Below are positions 1-7,569 of a stretch of DNA of 32,000 nt, in pieces. Positions within the stretch are counted from its first letter, which is position 1, and each line of letters begins with the position of its first letter. The notes below the pieces were generated by a model. That model made no database searches. It saw nothing but the letters and a program-made list of their open reading frames with translations, and had not been told where the DNA came from. A program made the translations under genes and the position numbers. Source of the DNA: Promethearchaeota archaeon. GTDB lineage: Archaea; Asgardarchaeota; Hermodarchaeia; Hermodarchaeales; Hermodarchaeaceae. Location: assembly GCA_048938295.1 (NCBI GenBank), contig JBHLMI010000003.1, positions 30,001-62,000 of the forward strand. Reading direction: 5' to 3'.

Positions 1-1
1 A

Positions 2-298
2 TGGACAGAAATTGCGTACGGTTTAGCTCCCGAGCACCGTCGAAAGGGCTATTGTACAGAGGCAATCGCTTTGATGGTTGATTACCTTTTCTTGAGTAAA
101 GAGATCGAACGCGTTCAGGCCATGGTCATGGAGGAAAACATCGGCTCTAAATTGGCGTTAGAGAAAAATGGCTTCACAAAGGAGGGTGTCCTACGAAGGC
201 TGGCGTTCTTTGTAGGCCGCTATTGGGATATAACGGTCTACAGCATTCTGCGTAGCGAATGGAAGAGCCCAAAGATCCTCCCATATACACGAAAGTAA
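2..298 (+). CDS. RimJ/RimL-family GNAT N-acetyltransferase, 5'-truncated by the window edge
   Basis: The frame is open from base 2: WTEIAYGLAPEHRRKGYCTEAIALMVDYLF. It has the acetyl-CoA motif R-x-x-G-Y, followed by EENIGSKLALEKNGFTKEGVLR, typical of Acetyltransf_3. Confidence 0.85.
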   Translation, partial: WTEIAYGLAPEHRRKGYCTEAIALMVDYLFLSKEIERVQAMVMEENIGSKLALEKNGFTKEGVLRRLAFFVGRYWDITVYSILRSEWKSPKILPYTRK

Positions 299-317
299 CT
301 CAAATTTATCTGAAATC

Positions 318-334
318 GTGTGCAAGTGACCCCT
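318..334 (+). repeat. Left copy of an imperfect 17-bp inverted repeat (GTGTGCAAGTGACCCCT)
   Basis: Matches the reverse complement of 1344-1360 (GTGTGCAAGTTACCCTT) at 15/17 positions; the first 10 bp are identical. Confidence 0.5.
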
Positions 335-647
335 GAAAGGGGTGTCTGGGCAGGGTTTTTAGTAGATTTTAGGGGGTAAAGTGAGGATTTTGAAACTCAA
401 TTCAGATTAGAGGACTTTGGGTATAGTTTGTGGCGAATAGGTGTTCAGGTTTTTGGTGGCCTGGGTGTGTTTGGGCTGGCCTGTGGGGTGCTGGTTGGCG
501 TTCCACTCTGGCTAGCCACGGGGTTTCTGAAATATGTGCGGTGCTTCTTTTTTTCTTGATTTTACCATCGGTGGGAGCATATGGACGTTGTAAGCGATGG
601 ACAAAAGGCGATAGCGCAAGAAAAGGCTAGGTTAACAAAGGTTTCGT

Positions 648-1169
648 CTAACGGGGAATCCATTTTGGTACTCGTTTTTTGTAGTCGAGATAGTCGTTGC
701 CGAATTTCGCTTCAAGGAGGTGTTCTTCGCCTGTGGCTAAGTAGTTGTAGCCAATTATGACGGTGAGGAGTGGAATAAGGGTGAGTAAGGAGAGGGTGGT
801 GATCCAAAAGCCTAGGTAGAGGAGAATTGAGCCCAGATACATGGGGTGTCGGATCCGAGCGTAGAGCCCATAGTCAACTACTTTGGGTTCTGTAGGTTCG
901 AAGACGATGTGTGATCGGGACATAAGGTATATCCCGGCGATGATAATGAAGAGGCCAGGTATGATCGAGAGTAGGAAGGAGAGGATGTAAGTGAGATTAG
1001 AAAAGCCAATGATCATTACAATATACAACGGTAATAACCACAAGTAGCTTGTGAGTCGGAAGACAAAGGAGTCAAGAATCCAAACAAGTATGAAGAAGAT
1101 GGAAAGGCCGATTTGGATGATATGACTGCGCCGTGCTTCACCGGCGAGGTGAGTATGTTCGTGAGGCAT
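648..1169 (-). CDS. Isoprenylcysteine carboxyl methyltransferase (ICMT/STE14/PEMT) family membrane methyltransferase
   Basis: Multiple TM segments. Motifs GLYARIRHPMYLG and EEHLLEAKFGNDYLDYKKRVPKWIP. AGGTGA RBS upstream of the ATG. Confidence 0.85.
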   Translation of the reverse strand: MPHEHTHLAGEARRSHIIQIGLSIFFILVWILDSFVFRLTSYLWLLPLYIVMIIGFSNLTYILSFLLSIIPGLFIIIAGIYLMSRSHIVFEPTEPKVVDYGLYARIRHPMYLGSILLYLGFWITTLSLLTLIPLLTVIIGYNYLATGEEHLLEAKFGNDYLDYKKRVPKWIPR

Positions 1170-1187
1170 GATTATTCACCTTATTAT

Positions 1188-1203
1188 TTTAGGCACACCT
1201 AAA
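1188..1203 (-). promoter_or_regulatory. Palindromic operator TTTAGG-N4-CCTAAA (DtxR/MntR-like) in the ICMT-gene promoter
   Basis: Perfect 6-bp arms, lying between a TTTAAA TATA box (about 1211-1216) and the RBS on the minus strand. Confidence 0.55.
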
Positions 1204-1343
1204 TCAAGTATTTAAAGTTTCACGTTCTCTAATAAACCAACCAAATTACGCTACTAGGAGAGTGCTAGAAACTTACCGAGGAACTGGTTGTATAGAAAGG
1301 TTCAATGGAATGCCTTCATTTAGTCTAGAAAAAGGACTATCGT

Positions 1344-1360
1344 AAGGGTAACTTGCACAC
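1344..1360 (-). repeat. Right copy of the imperfect 17-bp inverted repeat
   Basis: Its reverse complement matches 318-334 at 15/17 positions. Confidence 0.5.
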
Positions 1361-1365
1361 CCGTA

Positions 1366-1548
1366 TCATGCCTGTTTTTCTTCGGGGAGTTCAGATGCGC
1401 TTTTACAAAAGAGGCTGAAGATGAAGCATATTCCAATCATGAAGGGTAGCCAGAGCCAATGTACAAGGACAAGACTCAAGATTATCCCAAGTGTGATTCC
1501 GATGATGACTGCGAGAATAATCCGTTGATACTGTGATACGCGTTGCAT
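1366..1548 (-). CDS. Small two-TM membrane protein (about 60 aa)
   Basis: GGAGGT RBS precedes the ATG at 1548 (MQRVSQ...). Two hydrophobic helices. Confidence 0.65.
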   Translation of the reverse strand: MQRVSQYQRIILAVIIGITLGIILSLVLVHWLWLPFMIGICFIFSLFCKSASELPEEKQA

Positions 1549-1671
1549 GAAGGAACCTCCAATGTGTTTGCCGGTATGCACTTTTTAATTTTATACAGGT
1601 TTCTCGTGGCTAGCAAAGGTGAGTAAGATAGAGTATTATCTAACCTTGCGATTATTTCCAATTGATTTGCT

Positions 1672-2358
1672 ATGAGTAGGAAGAATTACACGCTCATTTT
1701 GCGGGAGAAACTCATTGATCGAGGCGCTTCGCTTATTGGAGTGGCGAATCTTGAGGGGCTTTTGCCCTCCTCCTTTGATCAATTTTCACAAGGAGTGAGT
1801 ATTGGAGTCCGATTATCCGATAGCATTGTAGATGAGTTGCTCACAGGTCCAACAAAGGCATACGCTTATCATTATCACGCTGTGAATCGATTCCTTGATA
1901 ATTTGGCAATTTTTGCGACCAATTTATTACAGAAATGGAACTATAGGGCATTTCCGATTCCAACCTCACAGACCGTGGATTTGAAGCGGCATAAGGCTCA
2001 TCTTTCACACAAGATGGTGGCAACACGAGCGGGGCTAGGTTGGATTGGGAAAAACGCCCTCCTCATTACCCCGGAATATGGACCTCGAATTCGATTAACC
2101 ACCGTGTTAACCGATGCTCCATTGCAACCGGGAAACCCGATTACCGAGAGCCTGTGTGAGAAGTGTCAACTATGTACAGAAGCCTGCCCTGTGGGCGCGA
2201 TTCGTGGCGAACTGTGGATAGTAAAGAGCGAACGGGCCGATCTGCTTGATGTGAATCGCTGTGCAGTAAAAATCGATCAAGGAAAAACCGAGTTAGGTGC
2301 ACCAGTGTGTGGAGTGTGCGTCCGAGCCTGCCCGAAGGGCGGAAGTCACTCAGGTTAG
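1672..2358 (+). CDS. Epoxyqueuosine reductase (QueG)-like / reductive-dehalogenase-type 4Fe-4S protein, short form
   Basis: SHKMVATRAGLGWIGKNALLITPEYGPRIRLTTVLTDAPL, CxxCxxCxxxCP and a C-terminal CGVCVRACP. Confidence 0.85.
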   Translation: MSRKNYTLILREKLIDRGASLIGVANLEGLLPSSFDQFSQGVSIGVRLSDSIVDELLTGPTKAYAYHYHAVNRFLDNLAIFATNLLQKWNYRAFPIPTSQTVDLKRHKAHLSHKMVATRAGLGWIGKNALLITPEYGPRIRLTTVLTDAPLQPGNPITESLCEKCQLCTEACPVGAIRGELWIVKSERADLLDVNRCAVKIDQGKTELGAPVCGVCVRACPKGGSHSG

Positions 2359-2567
2359 TTACTCGTTAGCAGGATGGCTTCTAATGCGAAAACATATAAG
2401 AAGAAGATGATGAGCACCCAGCTGATTGTAGGAAAAATGAGGGCACTGCTTATACAGCCTGCGCCTAGAGCGATTAATACGACAATAAGGACGCGGATTA
2501 ACGTTTGTTGTTCCTTATTTTGAAACATTTCGCTTTTTTTCATAGTTTCCATAACGATATCCCTCAT
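2355..2567 (-). CDS. Small two-TM membrane protein
   Basis: Two hydrophobic helices, TATA-like TTTTATAA upstream, convergent 4-bp overlap with the QueG-like gene. The start may be the ATG at 2552. Confidence 0.55.
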   Translation of the reverse strand: MRDIVMETMKKSEMFQNKEQQTLIRVLIVVLIALGAGCISSALIFPTISWVLIIFFLYVFALEAILLTSN

Positions 2568-2648
2568 AGAAATTTGGAAAACTAGGGATTATAAAATTAA
2601 CTGGGCATCGAAACCCGATTCTAAGGTAGATAGAGGGCGTCTACTGGT

Positions 2649-2828
2649 TTACTTGCGTTTTTCATCAGCACTATTGATCGAGGCACTGAGTTTGACAGTT
2701 CCATCTTTTTCATCGAGTTCGACGGTGATTTGGGCTTCGACCCTTTTGGCTTGACCGGTTTGGATGGGCAGGAGCATGAGCTCAGCGATGCCGTCTAATA
2801 GTGTGTTGTCTTCTGCTTCGGAACTCAT
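2649..2828 (-). CDS. Small hypothetical protein (59 aa), divergent from xerA
   Basis: GGGTGA RBS just upstream of the ATG at 2828; protein-like helix plus beta-strand composition. Confidence 0.55.
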   Translation of the reverse strand: MSSEAEDNTLLDGIAELMLLPIQTGQAKRVEAQITVELDEKDGTVKLSASINSADEKRK

Positions 2829-3153
2829 CACATCACCCGCTGGAGATAATGTGTCTATTCTGTCTCTTGTGTGGTAATTTCCCTAAGAAAGCTGGTATTA
2901 CCTTGTATTTATACCAGAAAGGCTTGAAAAATACGTAAACCTTTGTTTGGACATTAACTAGTTGGCTTAAGTACCAGAGAAAAGCGCTTCTGAGATTCAA
3001 AGTTAGTTTTTACGTCATTCAACCGGAAACACCCCGCTAAATGCCCCAAATGATGATAAAGAAACGGAAAATCCTGCTCCATAACGCAAGCTTTGGTATT
3101 ACCAGCGGTTAAATCAGCTCAATAGAACACTAGTCGAGTCACGTGCTCCCTAG

Positions 3154-4095
3154 GTGAACCACGTTATGGAATATGAAGGTATGAGTGTGGAGTTCACTCC
3201 TATTCACAAACTCGTGAATGAAGCGATTGATCGTTTCACCGAGTATGTTGCCATTGAACGCGGGGGAAGTTACCAAACTTCCCGTGTTTATCGTTATGAT
3301 CTCGAGATGTTCTTTCAATATATTGGGGTTCCACCTCAACAGGTGCAACCTCAACATGTGCGAATGTTTCTGACCCATCTGAAAACTGATAACGGATATG
3401 CAAGCGCCTCGTTAAGGCGAAAACTTGCTTGTTTACGATCTTTTTTCCGTTTCCTGGTCAAGCGACAGCTGTTACCTGCCGATCCAACAGCAGGGCTGAT
3501 GACACCCAAGCTAGGTCAACATCTTCCCCGAACTATTCCCCCAGAGGACGTCAATCGCCTTCTCTGGGCGGCTCGCAACGTAGAGAAAGAGCCTATCCGG
3601 GCCCATACCATCTTCCAAATCCTGTACAGCACTGGGGTTCGCGTTTCAGAACTTTGTGACATCAATATTGAAGACATCGATTTCGCAGAAGGCAACATCC
3701 GTGTCCGCGGCAAAGGTGACAAAGAGCGAATCGTCTTCTTAACGGTTCCCGCCATGAATGCAATTGTTGAATACCTTCAGTTCCGTCCTGCAACTGGCCC
3801 GCTTTTTTTAAATCGCCGAGGTCAACGTCTCTCCCCCTTAACCGTTCAGCGAACAGTGCGTGTCGTTGCCCAGCACGCAGGGGTAACCATAAAAGTTACA
3901 CCGCACGCGTTACGTCATTCCTTTGCCACCCATATGCTCGAACGAGGAGCTGATGTACGGGTTCTTCAGGAACTCCTAGGGCACTCGAATATATCGACCA
4001 CTCAGATATACACCCACGTCTCGCTGGCCCATGAGCGAGCCGTTTTCCAACGTACACATCCATTAGCTGAATCCGATCCTGAGGGAGCCTACTAA
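3154..4095 (+). CDS. xerA: XerA/XerC-D-like tyrosine recombinase
   Basis: N-terminal SAM-like core-binding domain. All catalytic residues present: R (TGVRVSEL), K (GKGDKER), HxxR (HALRHSF), H (LLGH), Y (TQIY). The start may be a downstream ATG (3166 or 3181). Confidence 0.88.
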   Translation: MNHVMEYEGMSVEFTPIHKLVNEAIDRFTEYVAIERGGSYQTSRVYRYDLEMFFQYIGVPPQQVQPQHVRMFLTHLKTDNGYASASLRRKLACLRSFFRFLVKRQLLPADPTAGLMTPKLGQHLPRTIPPEDVNRLLWAARNVEKEPIRAHTIFQILYSTGVRVSELCDINIEDIDFAEGNIRVRGKGDKERIVFLTVPAMNAIVEYLQFRPATGPLFLNRRGQRLSPLTVQRTVRVVAQHAGVTIKVTPHALRHSFATHMLERGADVRVLQELLGHSNISTTQIYTHVSLAHERAVFQRTHPLAESDPEGAY

Positions 4096-4104
4096 CCTTG
4101 TGCC

Positions 4105-4150
4105 ATGGAGGGCTGGAGAACTAGCAGACTCTAGCGCTCCATATTTTTTA
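4105..4150 (+). terminator. Hairpin plus T-tract terminator candidate after xerA
   Basis: ATGGAG-G-GCTGGAG / CTCTAGC-G-CTCCAT stem (13 bp, one G-U pair, one mismatch), followed by ATTTTTTA. Confidence 0.55.
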
Positions 4151-4532
4151 TTAAGTTCCTTATTGAGCGTTTAGTGCTTCATAGCGGAATCGATGTAAAA
4201 TTAGAATTAGCAGTTATCAATATGCTATATTAATCGTTTAATATTTTCTTTCTGAGGAAAATGAGTAATGACAGATTTATATTCATCGAATTACGTATAG
4301 TACAAACATTAACTATAATAAATAAATATTTATGATATCGTATGTTTATATTACCAAATAATTATAATTTTCGATATGAAGAAAATAAATGAGGTTTCAG
4401 ATTAAGCTCAACATACTTATAATATGTTAAAACATTAATCTAAAATAATAAAAAGATTAATATTCACTTAAACAATTAGACTTTACCTAACCCTTACATA
4501 AGCATCAATATGAAATCTGAGCTTTTAATAGG

Positions 4533-5156
4533 ATGCAATACTTATCATTGGACAGAAAGTCTAGTGTGACTTCGATGTCAGAAATCGTTAGTTTAGACCA
4601 GCTTATTCGTACCATGAAGAAGAGTCCAAACTCAATGGAACGGGCACAGGCGGCTCGTGGCATCGGCCACCTAAAGGATCCAGGGGCCATCCAAGCCCTC
4701 TTAGAAGCCTTAGGAGATTCTGATTACGAAGTACGCCAAGCTGTAATTTGGGCACTGGAACAGATTCGGGATGAACACCTAGTCGATGATCTAATTGATG
4801 ATTTGAACCATGAGGACCCGGATGTTCGTCGGGGGGTGGCTTATGTGCTGGGTGAAATAGGTGATCGAGAAGCTGTAGATCCACTCTGTAATGCCCTAAA
4901 TGATGACAACCTCTATGTCAGGAAATCTGCCATTGAAGCCCTAGCTTCTATAGGTGATTGGAAAGCGGTGGACCACATTATTTCGCGGTTAGACGATGAA
5001 GATTTATATGTCCGACAAGCAGCTGCGACTGCTCTAGGAGAAATGGGGGAGATGCGGGCAGAAGAGGCCCTACAACGCTTGTTAAGAACGGAGCAAGAAC
5101 TCATTGTTCGCCATGCAATCAGAGTAGCCTTAGCACGCCTTGCTGGTGGCGATTAG
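4533..5156 (+). CDS. HEAT/PBS-lyase repeat protein
   Basis: About six repeats of roughly 31 aa, e.g. VRQAVIWALEQI, VRRGVAYVLGEI, VRKSAIEALASI, VRQAAATALGEM. Confidence 0.9.
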   Translation: MQYLSLDRKSSVTSMSEIVSLDQLIRTMKKSPNSMERAQAARGIGHLKDPGAIQALLEALGDSDYEVRQAVIWALEQIRDEHLVDDLIDDLNHEDPDVRRGVAYVLGEIGDREAVDPLCNALNDDNLYVRKSAIEALASIGDWKAVDHIISRLDDEDLYVRQAAATALGEMGEMRAEEALQRLLRTEQELIVRHAIRVALARLAGGD

Positions 5157-5702
5157 GTAAAGGTAGTCTATGGTAACTATTATTTTTACTTCGTCTCAGC
5201 ATAGAAGAGGAAGGAGCCCTCCAAGTTTATTTTTCTTATCGCCTATTATTTCAAATAAATATTAGAGTTTTTCTTTCATTAGAAAATACGTGACATTTGA
5301 AATTATGTTAAGAGAATAACTATAATTTATAGAATTGAGCAAATATATTCGATTGATAGAAAATGAGTGATGGTTTATTGATAGCTAGAAAATTAATTAT
5401 TAATATCAATAATTAGTAAAAAAACTAATGTATTACACAGAAAAAAATGTTCTTCCTTTGTCTAAATTTATGCAGAACCATATTAAGGCTGTTATCATCG
5501 GTGATGTTCTTCTTTGTACGAAGTGATGCGAATACATTCAAGTTCGATCGAGGGCAAGTAACTCATTTTCATCGAGTATACAGTTATAGTAGAGATTTTG
5601 GCGAAAATAATGGAGTTGACCAACCGCATATAGAAAAAAGAGAGGAACAGGTGATTAAGAGAATCACCTATTCTAGGTTATTCATCAATTGGGTGGGCGT
5701 GT

Positions 5703-7547
5703 TTAGATCTTAGCTCCACAGGCGGGGCAGAAGCTAACCCCTGGAGGAATTGGTGATCCACAGTTGATACAAGTAACCTCGGAAGAGGATTTATCTGGAT
5801 AGTCGAATTCGTCTGGAGGTGGGGGGTATGAAGTATCTTCAGTTGGTGGAGGTGGCGCTTTAGGACTTGTTGCCTTTTGTGGGCTGCGTCGGACAATTCC
5901 CAGCAGGAGTTTTATGAGCCAAATAATGGCGTAGATTGCAACGAGGAGGATGACGAGAATGACTGGGATGGACCAGGGAATGTCGCGCATTATGGCGATG
6001 ATGAAGTCAAGGATGTTACCATAGACGACGGTTAGTAAGGCCTCATTACTCGATTTTATCCAGACTCTGGTCAAAGCGTCTTCGAAGGTGATATTTGCAC
6101 GTTGGGCGATATAACTGCCTTCACCATAGACGGTGATTTGGTAGGTATGAACCTCCGTTTCACCAGGTGCAATAGAGGTCCAGTTGGCAGTTAAGCTGCC
6201 ATCGATTACGACCAGTCCGGTGGTAAAGCCTTCATAGATAAGCCAGCTTTCTGTGTCGTCGAGATCGACGTTGTAGACTGTTTCAGTGGGATCGATGTTT
6301 TCAAGAGTAATGGTGACAGTTGCGGTGCCCCCGATGGTAATGAGGGGAGTAACAGTTTTTGTAATGCTAAGTCCAGGTGGAAAGTCGCCTTCAAAGCTGA
6401 CGATGATATTCGGAACACTTGGTGTAGCTATCCAGAGGGCGGATGGACGGGCAACCATTGCTCCTTCAGGTCCGGTGGTATTAACCATGTCAGCTGGAGA
6501 ATAGGAGGTAATGTTGACTCCGGCAGGAAATTGCATGATGAATTCAAAGGCTGTCATCGTAGAACCCATTTCGATATTGCCGCTGTGTCCACAGAAGTCA
6601 TTGACATCGAAGGTTTGCTCGGAGGTGCCAAAGAATTTGTCTTTATGTTGGCTGCCCCAAGCAGCGAAGGTTATGGCTTCAGGGGGTTGCATCGCTGTTT
6701 TAGAAGGGGCTGACAAGAAACCACCTTCCATCACAGCCAGGTTGATGAACCCGGATAATCCAATGCCGCCGATGGCATCTTCAGCCAGGGTGGAAGTTAC
6801 CAATTCAGTGCCACCATCTCGTGTAGAACCGAGGTCTTGCATATACGCTTGGAAATGATCCCGTCCTTGGATTTCTACTGGATCCGGGCCAGGGATCCCA
6901 TAGAATCCATATGCTTCGATTCCAACGGTCATGTTAGGGAGTGGCAAAGCCAGTCCAAATATCCGTTCGAAAGGTGTTGTGAGGATTGCTTCGAATTCGA
7001 GGTGAATTGCATTTCCCCATCCTTGGATTTCTGCTGGGGAACCACCCGTGAAAATCATGAGAATAGCGTTGGAGGGTAAAAGATTCAGGATTTCATAGAG
7101 CGCATCCATTTCGGACCCACCACCACTGGTGTCGTTGGTGAGAATGGATAAGATTCCATCGAATACTGTTTGGTATTCACCCCATCGGAAAATGGAAATT
7201 GCCATCAGACACTCTTGATAGGGAGGAGCACTGGTGGTGTATGCCCCAACGTTGCCGACAGCCATCACGGTAGAGGTCATCGAGCCATCTGGATTCACAA
7301 CAAAAGCGGTTAAATCGGCTTCACCTTCCAGTGTGAAGTTTTGTGCACGCATGGCGATGGGTATCGATGAAGTTTGAATATCAAAGGCGTCACTAGATCC
7401 GAGTTGTGGAGACTCGTCTGGTATGCTGAAACCAACTGAAATAAGGAAGCCGCTAAGAATGAACAGGAGACCAAGCGTGATGACGAGAAGCGTAAGGGGG
7501 AGTTGATGATTAAGCTTGCGTGTGTGAGTGATACGTGTACGTTTCAT
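5703..7547 (-). CDS. Cell-surface protein: N-terminal signal/anchor, large extracellular region with a DUF11-like Ig domain, TM helix, Pro-rich tail and C-terminal zinc ribbon
   Basis: N-terminal hydrophobic helix; LSITKTVTP...TVTITLEN Ig-like segment; C-terminal TM; PPPP tracts; CINCG...FCPACG. Confidence 0.75.
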   Translation of the reverse strand: MKRTRITHTRKLNHQLPLTLLVITLGLLFILSGFLISVGFSIPDESPQLGSSDAFDIQTSSIPIAMRAQNFTLEGEADLTAFVVNPDGSMTSTVMAVGNVGAYTTSAPPYQECLMAISIFRWGEYQTVFDGILSILTNDTSGGGSEMDALYEILNLLPSNAILMIFTGGSPAEIQGWGNAIHLEFEAILTTPFERIFGLALPLPNMTVGIEAYGFYGIPGPDPVEIQGRDHFQAYMQDLGSTRDGGTELVTSTLAEDAIGGIGLSGFINLAVMEGGFLSAPSKTAMQPPEAITFAAWGSQHKDKFFGTSEQTFDVNDFCGHSGNIEMGSTMTAFEFIMQFPAGVNITSYSPADMVNTTGPEGAMVARPSALWIATPSVPNIIVSFEGDFPPGLSITKTVTPLITIGGTATVTITLENIDPTETVYNVDLDDTESWLIYEGFTTGLVVIDGSLTANWTSIAPGETEVHTYQITVYGEGSYIAQRANITFEDALTRVWIKSSNEALLTVVYGNILDFIIAIMRDIPWSIPVILVILLVAIYAIIWLIKLLLGIVRRSPQKATSPKAPPPPTEDTSYPPPPDEFDYPDKSSSEVTCINCGSPIPPGVSFCPACGAKI

Positions 7548-7569
7548 TACATGTCACATCCTTAGAAGG

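Noticed and set aside
430-630. 66-aa plus-strand ORF (MANRCSGFWW...)
   Set aside because: No RBS; the W/G/C-rich composition just reflects the G+T skew; no recognisable family.
3049-3120. C/D box sRNA (ATGATGA box C)
   Set aside because: No CTGA box D at a suitable distance and no terminal stem.
3154-4095. xerA as a proviral or island integrase
   Set aside because: No adjacent tRNA, att direct repeats, or viral/plasmid genes; the sequence is closest to chromosomal XerC/D-type enzymes.
4105-4142. SECIS element
   Set aside because: The upstream xerA has no in-frame TGA, and the stem lacks a convincing archaeal or eukaryote-type SECIS core; a terminator is simpler.
5391-5418. 11-6-11 palindrome as a dif site
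   Set aside because: The inner bases are ATT-N6-AAT rather than TAA-N6-TTA, and such matches arise easily in very A/T-rich DNA.
2860-5700. Replication origin (ORB-like TACCAG words plus A/T-rich blocks)
   Set aside because: Only partial resemblance to the GTTCCAGTGGAAAC ORB consensus, no G-string, and no orc1/cdc6 gene in the window.
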